DNA from: Phoronis australis | Taxonomy: Eukaryota > Animalia > Phoronida | Assembly (NCBI GenBank): GCA_002633005.1 | Contig: NMRA01000080.1 | Coordinates: 1 to 64,000 of the forward strand | Length of the DNA: 64,000 nt | Reading direction: 5' to 3' | In this document: piece by piece, positions 26,901-38,400 of the stretch | Numbering within the stretch: the first letter of the stretch is position 1 | Layout of the letters: each line of letters begins with the position of its first letter | Notes under the pieces: model-generated | Database searches by the model: none | Seen by the model: the letters and a program-made list of their open reading frames with translations, nothing else | Told to the model about the DNA's origin: nothing | Program-made: the position numbers and the translations under genes

Positions 26901-29900
26901 GTCAAGCGACTCATTTTTTTTTCTGGGTGGTGATTCTATTTCTGCCATGAGAGTATTTTCTCAGGGAAGAAAACGCAGACTTCGTTTTACAGTACAACAA
27001 GTATTCCAGTCCAGGAGCCTGTCTCAGCTTGCACATTTAGCAAAGTTTGTCGGTGTTAAAAGATCTACAGTCAAGGAGAACAACAAGGAGATATCGGGCA
27101 ATGTGCCCTTGACCCCTATTCAAGAATGGTTTGTCAACTTAAACCTTCATAATCGCAATTGCTTCAACCAGTCACTACTACTAAGACCATTGCTGAACGT
27201 TAACCCAACAATCCTCCAAAATGCCATTCATGAACTTATCTCCCATCACGATATTTTGCGTGCTTCATTCACATTTAAAGAAGGTGGGAATGCAAATCAG
27301 GAAATCCAACCATGTGACAAAGCTCGAACGCCAAAGTTGATTCACAAGAAAATTGATGAAGACCGGCTGGACGATGAGCTTGGGAAACTTCAAAATTCAT
27401 TGGATTTAACATCTGGTCCCCTTCTGGCGATTGGTCTATTCGACATTGTTGGCCAGCGGCAGTATCTGTTCATAACTATCCATCACTTGGCTGTGGACCT
27501 TGTTTCTTGGCAAATCATTCTGGAAGATCTCGAAACACTATGTCGCGGAAGCTCCCTGCAACCAAAAACTTCTTCATTCAAAGAATGGTCAGAGCTTCTG
27601 ATTTCCGACTATACTCCAAGCCTCAATGCAGATGATTGGCCATCATTGGAACAAAGCAGTCCTTTAAAAACCGATTTTTCGAAAAGCATGGAAAGCATCG
27701 AAAGCGCAAGTCGGGTGCTTGAATCAATAGAGCTAGACAAAAATACAACAAACAAATTACTGAGTCTTAGAGGGACTCATGGGAACGATAGCCCTTCGAT
27801 TAACGACGTTCTTTTGACTGCTTTAATTGTTGCTTACTATGAGTGGACCGGGGAAACATCGTTGACTGTTGAACAAGAATGGCACGGGAGAGAACCTTGG
27901 ACTGACAAACTCGATCTTTCTCGAACTGTCGGTTGGTTCACTGCTATGTTTCCTGTCACATTGGCTTTGAAAAATCGTACAGACAACTTACTGGAACACC
28001 TTGAAGAAATAAAACGACGACTTCAAAGAATTCCTAATAACGGTATGCCGTACGGCGCTATGAGGTACTTGAAAAAGGACAATGATCCAAAGTTTAACCA
28101 ACACAGTGACGTTGTGTTCAATTACCACGGGAGTGCCACGATGTTCTCTAAGGAGAATAGCCTGTGGGATGTCTGCACAAACGGCAATTACACTTACAAC
28201 AACCAGTGCAAGTACGAAAAGATCACTCACATGTTGGCTATTGAGTGTTATATTTCTCATGGACGCCTTCAAGCCGTCTTCATTTTTAGCAAAGACCTTC
28301 ACAAGACTAAAACCATTCAATCATTGGCACAATCCTGGAAGAAAGTAACAGAAAATATCTTGGAGTCACTTCAGCTTAGCTGCAAAATTTCTGATATGCC
28401 TTCGAAAACTCATGATAACAAAGTGAAGACAATGGAAGATGCATTGAAAGTAGCGCATATCAGTTTGGACGACGTGGAAGATATTTACGCGTGTACACCT
28501 CTGCAAGAAGGGTTGATATTTTCTTTACTTCAAGACAAGTCGTCCTATTTAGTGCAGTTATGTTTAAACATAACAGGAAGGCTTGATGTTGAAAGATTCA
28601 AATATGCCTGGAGTGTCGTTATTAAACGTCACACAGCTTTGCGAACGAGCTTTATTATTGATTCCGGAAGCCATTCTTTGATTCAAATAGTAAGACGCCA
28701 GTCTGATCCTCAATGGGAAGTGGGATCCTGGATTGATTCTGAAGAAACGGAGAGTGGTTTTGTAAAGTTAGACAGGACGAAGGGATTCAGTGCAAACGGA
28801 ATTCTAATTAGATTTGCTTTAATGAAAACAAGCGAGTTCAGTCACAAGTTTATTTGGACCTTCCATCATTCAGTTGTTGATGGATGGTCTTCTCCGCTCG
28901 TCCTCAGAGACGTTTTGAAAGTTTATCACGCTCACGATCTTCCACCCGCCCCTTCGTTTCGTTTTTTTGTGGAAAATTGCAAATCCCGTGACATATCCGC
29001 TGCACAAACTTTCTGGTCACAGTACTTGTCAAATCTGAAACCAATGCGAATCTTGACGTTGTCGACAATTCAGGGATCCTCTGAATGTGACACCAAGCAG
29101 GTGTTGCGTACATTTTCTACAAAGCTGGAAGATCTGAAGAAATTTGCAAGGGAAAACAGTTTAACGACGACCTCTGTTATGTATGGGGCGTGGGCATTAG
29201 TTTTGGATCGGTATTGCAGTAGCCATAGGAGAGACGTAGTCGTGGCCGTTGTCGTCGCATCGCGAAGTGCCGACATTGAAGGAGTCGAAGACGTAGTTGG
29301 TCTACTGCTCAACACCTTGCCACTTCGCATAACTTTGCCTTCTGACGAAAGAGTAACTTTTATAGAATGGCTAAAGACCATCCACGAAAATCAAGCTGCA
29401 ATAATGGCTTATGATTATAGCAATTTAGCTGACATACGGAAATGGAGCGGTCTTCCAAGAAATCAGAATCTGCTTGATACTCTGGTTACATACGAAAATT
29501 ACCCAGCGTTTGAAAACTTCAAAGACCAAGAAATCGAATTTTCTGCAATCCATGGATATGAAGACATTGATTTGCCTTTGGGAGTTCTTTTCGGTGATGA
29601 CGGCGAATATCTCATGGCTAAGTTTATGTACGAAGCAAATAGTGTCAGCAATGAATTAGCCCACCAGATGTTGGCTCACTTGAACAATCTTTTAGATGAG
29701 ATACTCCTTTCTGATAGCTCAAAACCAGTGATTCATGCCGAAATTGACACTAAACATGCCAGTGTCGGAAGTGCACTAACTGACGACGTCACATACTCGC
29801 TCTGCATTAAAGATCAACGTGGTCGATCTTGTCCAAACGGTGTTATCGGGAAGTTGTATATACAAATCAACAAGGGTGATGACGTGGTTTACACTGGTGT

Positions 29901-31909
29901 TCTTGCAGCATCACAGATTAACGGTGACATAACAGTCGTTTTGGATAACGAAGTCAACTCAATACCAGAGGAAATCGATGGGATTGAAGGGTTGCGAGGC
30001 TGTTTTATTTCAGAAACTAATGAAGGTGTATTTGCCTTCATTAGCTCCGAGTATCCTATGCCCTCTGCGACATTGCAGGATCTCAAATCGATACTTGGAA
30101 GGGCACATGCACCATTGTGTGTTCTCCCAGTTCACTTCACCGTTGTCAGTAAAAACATTCTTAAAGAAGTAACCGAAGTACCGTCGGAGGTCCGGCAAAC
30201 GGAATACAAACAATCGTGGCAAGGTAGCAGTGACGTCATGGAAATGTTAACTGACAAGGAATTGATGCTTCGCGACATGTGGGCAAAACTCCTGAAAATG
30301 AACTTAGGCGACATAAAACTTGACCATTCTTACTTTGATCTCGGTGGCACCTCAATATCAGCAATTAGCTTGGTATCTATGGCTGAAAAGCGGGGGCTAC
30401 AGTTTAGCCTGTCGGATGTAGTGCAGCTCGAAACACTTGCAGAAATAGCCGCAGTTGCCGAATTAAAGGCGGACGAGGGCGACATCTTGGTTTGTTTAAG
30501 CAGCGGTCATCCCGGCAAAAAACCTATCATCTACATTCACGCCAGTGACGGTGGGGTATCGTCGTTTTCCTACGTTGTTGGTAAGTATAGTATTTTGCAG
30601 GGAGTGCACTTTTGAATGACTTTTAACGGGAAAGCCAATGTTTTAGTTAGTCTTACATGAGTTTAATCTGTCATTTAATTTCGTAAACACGGCGGTAACT
30701 CCAGTTACGATACTTTATTAATGTTGAATAGGCCTAGCTTGTTATGTAATGGTCAGGGGTACACTCGATTGTGAGCTACAATATGTCTTGAGGTAACTGA
30801 TGAGGTTTTTTAGTACAAATAACATCAGAATATTCATATGACTTTCCCTTCAGAGTCACTGCCCTAAAATTAGCACGTGAATTCAAATATCAATTAATAC
30901 GATCTAAATACATGAACAACAGTTATTTCGAGTGATTAGATAGTCGTAATTTAGAAGTGCTGTGTTCTCGAACGTGTTACAGCCATCGAACACAGGGAAG
31001 CTACATGATCTATGACTTCGTTCCAAAGTGTACTTCCTATATAACGAACACATTGTCACGGTAAAATGCTACACCATGGTGCAAAAAAATTAATCAAGCC
31101 CTACTTAAAATTTCGAATTCGTGTTTTGATTGGTGACCGCCAAAATTTTTCGAAGTTCTTTTGGACAATAATTCTTGCCCACTTTGAACTGTGACACGTG
31201 TTTGTGCCTATGCATTTTAGATATCTTATCGATGTATGTGTACCTCTTTAACGCAACTACGTGTCTTCCAGGCCAACTGAAGAAGCACCCGGTGTATGCT
31301 TTCCGTTTTCTGCTTGGAAGTACTCCATTCGAGTCAATTCCTCAACTTGCCTCGCTGTATGTAGAGCGAATGAAGCAGTTGGACTTCTTTTACACTGAAA
31401 CCCCGTATGTTCTAGTTGGATATTCGTCAGGCGGGGCTATAGCTTTTGAAATTGCGCTGCAGCTTCAAAAGATTGCCCGGAGACCGGAGACGCTAGTTAT
31501 TCTTGACGGAAGTCCGGATTTAATCGCAAAATCGTACACGAAAATCTTGAAGAGCTCCGAAAAGCAGATGGAGGCTCACGAGAAATGGCTTCAAAACACT
31601 TGGAATGAAAAAGGCCTGAACGAAGACGATTTGAAGGTTGGACTGTCACTGTTTCGAGAAACTCTGAATATTTACGCCTCCTACGTTCCTTCCACCATTT
31701 ACGACGGAGACGTCAAGCTGGTACTTGCAACTGATATACTAACAGAAGGACCGCTATCTGAAACTCTTGCTGAGCTTCAAAAACAAGAGCGCGACTACGG
31801 CACCCAACGTTTGTGCTCTAAACCAGTGCGAGTTGTTGACGTTGATGGCGACCATTACACCATGATGAGAGACGAAAAACAGATTATAGCGAAGACTGTT
31901 GTCGAATAG
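17983..31909 (+). CDS. Multimodular non-ribosomal peptide synthetase, spliced: join(17983..30580,31272..31909), possibly with extra 5' exons. Domains (C-like)-A-T-E-C-A-T-C-A-T-E-C-(degenerate A)-T-TE
   Basis: The 4216-aa ORF has two full sets of A-domain core motifs (YTSGTTGxPKG, NxYGP(T/S)E, Y(K/N)(T/S)GDL) plus the A1 C-terminus. It also has four carrier serines (GGDS, GGHS, GGDS, GGTS), three HHxxxDG C domains and two E domains. The TE starts in this ORF and continues in ORF 31175..31909 through a canonical in-frame GT-AG intron. The frame across the N-gap 18564-19038 cannot be verified. Confidence 0.95.
19039..19450 (+). other. NRPS module 1: C-terminal end of A1 and carrier domain T1
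   Basis: LPSYMVP (A9) and VTANGKVDRRAL (A10, catalytic Lys) follow directly after the gap. SFFEIGGDSISAM (Ser codon ~19342) is the GGDSI type usually found before E domains. Confidence 0.92.
19500..20760 (+). other. NRPS epimerisation domain E1
   Basis: LTPAQIWFF, HHLVVDLVSWRII (19873), EAHGRE, SRTVGWF, IPNRG and FNYYGRFD, followed by the typical E-C linker YTPSDFPL. Confidence 0.92.
20880..23910 (+). other. NRPS module 2: C (DCL-type)-A2-T2
   Basis: C domain: YPCTPMQEG, HHSLVDG (21280), FGFVVSGR. A2: LTYRELN, YTSGTTGRPKG (~22696), FDAAV, NGYGPTE, GELYLGG, YKTGDLARW, GRIDHQIKIRG, NKKID. T2: FFDFGGHSL (~23785). Confidence 0.93.
23995..27050 (+). other. NRPS module 3: C (LCL-type)-A3-T3
   Basis: C domain: SCRQEQM, VYNV, MHHSVTDGAS (24397), VGYFVNTLPVR, QDVPFQ, AKFDL. 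A3: YTSGTTGKPKG (~25846), FDVAYQE, NEYGPSE, YNSGDLG, LPRYMVPS, EKID. T3: FFFLGGDSISAM (~26926). Confidence 0.93.
27100..28380 (+). other. NRPS epimerisation domain E2
   Basis: PLTPIQEWF, FNQS, HHLAVDLVSWQII (27481), EWHGRE, SRTVGWFTAMFP, IPNNGMPYG, FNYHG. Confidence 0.92.
28480..30465 (+). other. NRPS terminal module: C (DCL-type)-vestigial A fragment-T4
   Basis: C domain: YACTPLQEG, FHHSVVDGWS (28864), VGLLLNTLP, YENYP. Only ~170 aa lie between C and T, with eroded A6/A7-like text (IKDQRGRSCPNGVIGKLYI; VYTGVLA). T4: YFDLGGTSISA (~30343). Confidence 0.85.
30581..31271 (+). other. Spliceosomal phase-1 intron inside the NRPS thioesterase
   Basis: Donor G|GTAAGT at 30580/30581 and acceptor GTCTTCCAG|GC at 31271/31272. 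Joining gives ...SFSYVV-G-QLKKHPVYAF... in frame. Confidence 0.9.
31272..31909 (+). CDS. Last NRPS exon: type I thioesterase core
   Basis: PYVLVGYSSGGAIAFEIA (GxSxG nucleophile), LVILDG (acid) and VDGDHYTM (His) complete the catalytic triad. Stop TAG at 31907-31909. Confidence 0.92.
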
Positions 31910-34619
31910 TCCGTGTAAAAAGCTACATTTCTTTTTCACTGGACCTACTATTGCTACTAGGTACATAAATATTTACAACGGACACTAACAGAACTGATCA
32001 TATATAATTTAATCTGAGAAATGGACTGTCGAACAATGTCGCGTAAGAATGTTTCGCACGGGCACGATTATGCGCTTTTGCCGAGGACAATGCGTGAGGT
32101 CCACCTGTGCCTACAACCGAAACTTTGGTACGTGCGCCTGTAGGCAAAACACCTGAGTAAACAACTTTCTTTGAAAAAATACGCTATTTCAGGCCTAGGG
32201 AAACTAGTGAGTACAAACATTGTCTAGCTTATATGCATACTGTTTCTGAAGTCCGCGAACTTCGTGCTGACAATGACGAATTAGTATCTGCATAAGTTTA
32301 GAGCAACCTAACATACCGCATCTCTTATATATGTACCAAATAGGGTCTATGGAAACAGCCCGTACCTAAAGCCTAGAAAACAACCGGGCAATACTGTTGA
32401 TCTGTTATAGACTGTGTATTTACGTTTACATTGTTTATCATTTCGAGTTAGGTGTAGTGTGTTGATTACGTTTGGTTTAGGTGCTTTATGTGTTCAAATT
32501 CGCAGCGATGACGTCGTTTGCAAAGGAGGCTTAGTTTGGGCAATGACAAAGCTAAACGACTGAAATATATGCGATGGAAAATTTCTGTTGCTTTTCATCA
32601 TGACGTTGGTTGTGTTGAATCCCGGGTGATGAGTACAGTAAGAGTCTATTTGTATCTGTAGATCAGCGCGTTTTGAACCAATCTGTACACATAGGCATGA
32701 ACTAGTTTGAGAATGCTTAACACACTAAAGATGTCATTTAAATGCGTTAACCAACAATTTGCCAATACATGTGCATTTACTGGATTAACCAAAAGTAGAG
32801 AAAAATGAATACTGAGAATAACGTAAAAATAAAGATGTCAGGTAAGGGAGGGTTGAGGACATAGTAAAAACAGGAGTCGCAAAGCACCATCCAATGCGAA
32901 AAACAAATGTAAGACAAAGAAACCACTTGACCTAATATAACATAGGCCTATAGATAAACACACAGATTGGTGCACTGACGTGACGTTAATATTAAGATGA
33001 GAAGCAAGTAGAGACATCATAACGAATATACTGTAACACTCAAGTCATATCTAAGTGCGCTAACTGGGAAGCGCTTCCGAAGCTCGTTTACAGTGGGCAG
33101 CAATTGTGTAGTTGAGATGTAAAGACACACGTCATGAAAAATGACATGACAAGTAACAGAGTTCATGTACAGATACACTATATACGCGAAAGTGTAAATG
33201 TGAGAGACAATCTGCCACAGCAAAAAAAAAGAAAAATCTGTTTCGGGCAATGATGGAAAAGGGGTGTTTCATTTCAGAACAATACTTGCGGCGCGTCTCA
33301 ACATAATATTTACACTTACGTTAAACAATAGACTGGATCGGCATAGTACCGGGACCGCCAAATCTGTATGTCCTAAATGGACAAAATCTGTGATCGTAAA
33401 CACAAAGCGCCACCAACAGTATCCAGGCCGAGAAGAGACAGTTCACTAACGGCGGCTTGTTTGAGTCACGGTTTTACTTCCCACAAATATGTCGTCTGCT
33501 CATTAATTGGAAAGTGGTGCCTCTTTTGACAATTCCACTCAAATGAAAATATCGGAGTTGCGAATCTGTTGTCTATGAACTATGGTTATAAGAGACATAA
33601 TCGACGACATATGAAGCATTAATAAAATGGATAAAATTACACACATTTATATCCCAAAATGCTTCAACAGTTGTTCAAAACTTTTTCTCAAAAATTATTC
33701 TATTCTGTTACGTGAACTGCTTTCTTTTGCTTTTATTTTTGCAAAAATCCTCGATTCCAGTGACCCTGGACTTCTCCTGCTCTTTTGTGAACCACACGAC
33801 TTCCGGGTACGCTGCCTTACTAGTCGCATGCACTCTTTGCCCTTGGTGTAATTTTAGAGTTCAAGCATGGCGTCCAAAACATAGCACTTTTGTACTAGTT
33901 GCCCCCAACACATTGCATTGGTTAGTAAGTAACTTTCAGATTGTCGGGTTTTGAAGGAGGATTTGGCCACTCGGGAATTAATAGGCGGATTTTGTAAAGT
34001 TATATGGACTAGTAAAGACCATTAGAAGATTTAGGACTCGGTGAGGGATTCATTCGGTTAACTGGTATAAGACTAAAACCATTACAAACTTTTCCAAAAC
34101 AATTTCAGGCTTAAGGTTAAAACTCTAGGACCAAATTCAAAATGTTAAGAGTAAAACAATTATACCTAAAAGCAAAGTATCCCGTAGCCGGACAAAAAGT
34201 CTAAATAGAAATGTCTTGTTTGGTTCATGACAGGCATCCAAACGGTGCCATGCAGATGCATTTACGTGTGTCTTTTAATCATGCCTCTTGGTTATTTGCT
34301 TTACCAATGTTCAGTTGAGGGTCGAACTTAGTTCAGAGAATACGATCGGAACGGAAGATTGCTAATAACGACAAATGTCGTGTATTCAACCAATGTTGTA
34401 TTTTCGGAACGAAAACGCATTAATTGTCGGATCGAAAGGTTTTACGCCTGCAAGTGCTTATAGGTAAAGTGAAATGGTACATCGCGTACTAAAATCTCCG
34501 GCGGTCGATCTTTCACACTTTTTGGCTTCTCATTGAATTCCCATAGAACTGAATTGGGTTATGACCAAGTTCACCCGAAGAAATAGGCCCCTGCACATAA
34601 AATTAACTTTGTAGAACCG

Positions 34620-35490
34620 GTCCAAAACATCGAGAGATTTTGAGAAGAATCACTAGATCCACCCAGAGTTAAAACTGTGTCGTTGGCATATTTCTTAATC
34701 TGATGAGGTCTGGTCCTCATGGAGATAATGTCACTTTCCTGATTTGCATAAACACTAAAGCCATTATTCTAGCACATAATGTGAAAAGACGTGGAGAGAT
34801 TGGGTCTCCATGTCGACATCCTCAACCAACTTCAAAATATTCGGATGTGAAATTATTCTGGATCATAGAAGGTCTCGATCCCTCATTCAGTTTAAAGACG
34901 AATCCACTTCACAAAGTTCTCTATAAAGTTAAACATACATTTCGATGAAATTGAATCGAACAGTTCTTCTAATTCTAATAGGACAAGAAGTCATACTGCA
35001 TCAGATCGTACACGTTTCAGGTGTTGTCGCCGATGTATCTACGTCACATTTGTTGAAAATACAAAGCAAAGTACAATAGACAAAGCAAACATACACACAA
35101 ACCACGCGTGCGCATAACAAAATTGAAACCTGTGCGTACTCAAATAACAAAAGAGCCAAAGAGGACCATCTATTTTCAGATACACCGTTTCTGAAAAGTA
35201 AATATTTCCCTTTGAATATACTTGAACGACCCCTTCTTGAAAATTGCGATTGAGGGATAAGCATTCCTGAGTCTTTATTTGGTGGTAGATGTGACATTTT
35301 CCAAGACAAAGGATCTACTTCAATAAAGCCTGTTTGATTTTCACACTGTATGGTACTAATTACCACATTTAAGTGATTTACAAGACAACCAGACAAAACC
35401 TTAAATCTACCATTTACGTGAATTAAAATGCGGCGCCAACTAAAATATTCTTCAGCCTTCTTGAACTCCGTTAAAATAGTTTTCAACGGT
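34620..35490 (-). mobile_element. Decayed L1/Tx1-clade LINE reverse transcriptase fragments
   Basis: Minus strand reads WRRILIHVNGRFKVLSGCLVNHLNVVISTIQCENQTGFI (RT domains 1-2), then FVKWIRL, SEYFEVG*GCRHGDPISPRLFTLCA and KYANDT (eroded RQGDPLSP and YADD). Confidence 0.8.
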
Positions 35491-38400
35491 TTCGTTTATA
35501 TCAACCGATAAACAGAGGGAGGACATAGTTTGGTTTCTTTGGTTTAGTTAGTACATGTACCAGTTAGCGGATTAACTACAACTGGGGCCCTCGTCTGTGC
35601 TCAGTTTTGTGCTTCCCACTTCTAAAATTTATGGATTGTTCCTACAGATTGGTTATAGAAGGACGTGCCCTTGAAAAGAGTCCTTTTTAGAGACACTCGT
35701 AGTAGAGAACTCCCTTCACCACCTGAGGGGATTGTGGGAGTGTTTTTTTTGCTGACAAGTCAAGCTAGATACCCTAAATCAAGGAGGCCTTAGGCAGTAA
35801 CGTGGAAATGAGGTAGCTGCATTTTTCAAGAAAATCGTAACCTTCCCCGATAGTTTTCCATGTAATGGAATACAGTGGATTGACGAGAAAACAGTATAAC
35901 TTTCTATCAAGCTGTAAAATCATTATGCTGATTGTTAGAACCAATGTAAGAAAATTTCAAATTAAGAGTGTAATTTTTTATTAAAAGCCATTCTCAACCA
36001 ATTGTTTATGTTAATAACAAACCCGACAATATTTCCCAACGCTACTAAATATTCAGCCAACGAAAATCAGAAATTTTATGTTTGATGACAAATTCTACTT
36101 AGCTCAGCAGGTAGGCAACCATACTCTAAGTATTTATTGAAATCATATATTGAAACTGAGACGGGTTGTCTCGCTGCCATGGTAAGCAGATATTTCGCCA
36201 GTCACTATCAGAAACTGGTGGAAATTTCACGTTAAAAGCAGGCTACGTTGCCAAAAATATTTGAGTTGACTCATTGGTGAAATTTAGAGTTATTGCAAAG
36301 CTGAACTGAACATCGTCACTATGGCAACAAGTTTTTTTACGAAGAACACCAATCTTAGGCTCGATTGTACTCATGTTAGAAGGCAGGCAGCCATGAACAA
36401 ATCCTTTTAATATACCTTCCTTAAAACGTAGGGCAGTTGCCAAACTTGGCAGTGCAACGTTGTCATGATAACCATGTATTTTGGAGTTACAAAATTATAG
36501 TAAGCTGCACACATAACATACCAAAAATAAAAATAATATAAACCTCCTCTAGCACAGACTGACTGTTCTACCAAACATATACCACATTGTAGGACACTTT
36601 TGAAAATCCAAAACTGGTTGTCAAGGTTTACCGGAAGCTCTCGCAGACAGGCTGTATCTTATCAACAATCATTGCAGTTTGCAAACCAGTCACTGCTTTA
36701 AAATATTCCTGAGGTACATTAATCTAATTTAATTTATGAATAAAGTCTATATCAGAAATCACATATTTGTTATTCTTTCACATTTTTCTAAAAAAGCGTT
36801 TTTCCAAAGTTAATTCCTATTGGCTAATGCACGCCTGACGTCAGTGAGGCTGTACCGTGGGTGAAGGCAATGAGATAAATTATAGTCCTTCTCTCACGCG
36901 TTGTTAACCCTTATTACATGGTTAGAGGATGTTATAAGGATCCAAGAAGTACCTACCCCATAACTAATACACGATCCGTACTCGAAATAAGTTTAAATGA
37001 ACGCGCCGCTCACGATTCGCACCCGAAGAACCACCGCCATTTTGAACTTGCTGCGAACCCGGAAGTACAATTCATTCAGGAACCCAGGCCGAGAAAACGC
37101 CGTCAGTGCGACTGGAGCAGTGCCTGTACTGTTACCAGCCAGCAAACGGGGATAAAATAATCGACAGCGCTTCTTAATTTTAATAAAATCAAAATACGAA
37201 CAATTTTATCGAATTTGCTGAAGGCGAATAAATTTTGACAGAAATTATTTTGCCAGACTCGGGACCGCAGCCTATCGGACCCGGTGCGGATCGAGACCAG
37301 ACACTGGAGAACGGTAAATGCATGCGGTTGCAAGCTGTTTGTCGAAGTAAAATGGTCAAATCATAAATGCTGCATATATTCAAGGGTAGTTTCAGACACT
37401 TGCATGAAATTACGGGCTGGTTAGTCCTGTGTCACACTGCCGCGGCAGACCTTAGTTAGCCACAGTCATCAGCTACCAGTGAAGACTATCGTCAAAATAC
37501 AGCTTGTTAGTAGGCCTATACAGCTTTGCGCCAAGGCTACCCTTAGGCCTAACTGGTCGCTAGCCACAGCGCTCGCTCAAACGAGGTTTATTTAGAACTT
37601 GGGTACTTCTGGCGAACTGTGCAAAGTTGTTGGCTTTCAATAGAAATTTTCCCAGACTTTGTATGAGCTCACCAAGCCTAAAAGAATGGAGAGGCTGGAA
37701 TTTTTGGGAATGTCTATCTTTTACTATAAGATTCAGTGGGTACGTTCAGAGCTATGAACTGCAGACTCTAAATTTTGGTACTTCCTGTCTTCTAGTGGAA
37801 TATTGTCTCATTTTCTACTTTTTTCGGAATTCGTGCTTCTGTGACTGAGGCAGATCTTTTTCCAGTTCTCCAAAAAGGGGGCTCGTTCGAGCACATTAAT
37901 ATGACAAGTCCAATACAGCATGTTATTATTTTTTATTCATTAACCCAAAATGATTCAAACTTTTAACATAATAAGTAACTTAAAATGCACAATACTTTAC
38001 AAAATTTAGCATTACAAACACTATTCAACAGCAACAGTTTCCATGATATGAAAGTGGACATACATGTAACTATTACCATGGTAACGGAATAGTGTTTTCT
38101 TACACCAGAATTTGACAAGCATCATTTAAAAAATATGAAGTTGCAAAGAACAAGAATTAGAGGCTTGAAGCTTCACAATCCAACATAGCTTATTTCTCAA
38201 ATTAAGATTATTCATATTGTTGACTTGATTAAGAAGCAATAAGTTACAAAACATGACTTGAAAGCAATTGAGACTTAAAATTTAGAAAAACATGAATCAT
38301 TTTGTGACACCGAATCAAGTCTTGAACAGCAGTTGACAGTCAATCAAAAAACCATTTCAAAATTATTTCAACTATTTTTTAGCTTAGTGTAAGATCACCT

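Noticed and set aside
18137-30314. Many short antisense or alternative-frame ORFs inside the NRPS
   Set aside because: They are shadow ORFs with no recognisable motifs.
30581-30615. C-terminus GKYSILQGVHF* of the 4216-aa ORF as the real protein end
   Set aside because: It is read-through into the intron after a perfect GTAAGT donor. The TE catalytic residues lie in the next exon.
31175-31271. ORF 31175..31909 as a stand-alone type II thioesterase
   Set aside because: It has a TTG start and an intron-like first 32 codons. The N-terminal TE strands are encoded at the end of the big exon.
17965-31909. Bacterial contaminant or ACV synthetase/beta-lactam gene
   Set aside because: It has a GT-AG intron, no operon neighbours and gap-free continuity with eukaryotic TEs on both sides. 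The domain order (two E domains, extra C-T) differs from ACVS, and no IPNS is seen. Read-level confirmation is still needed.
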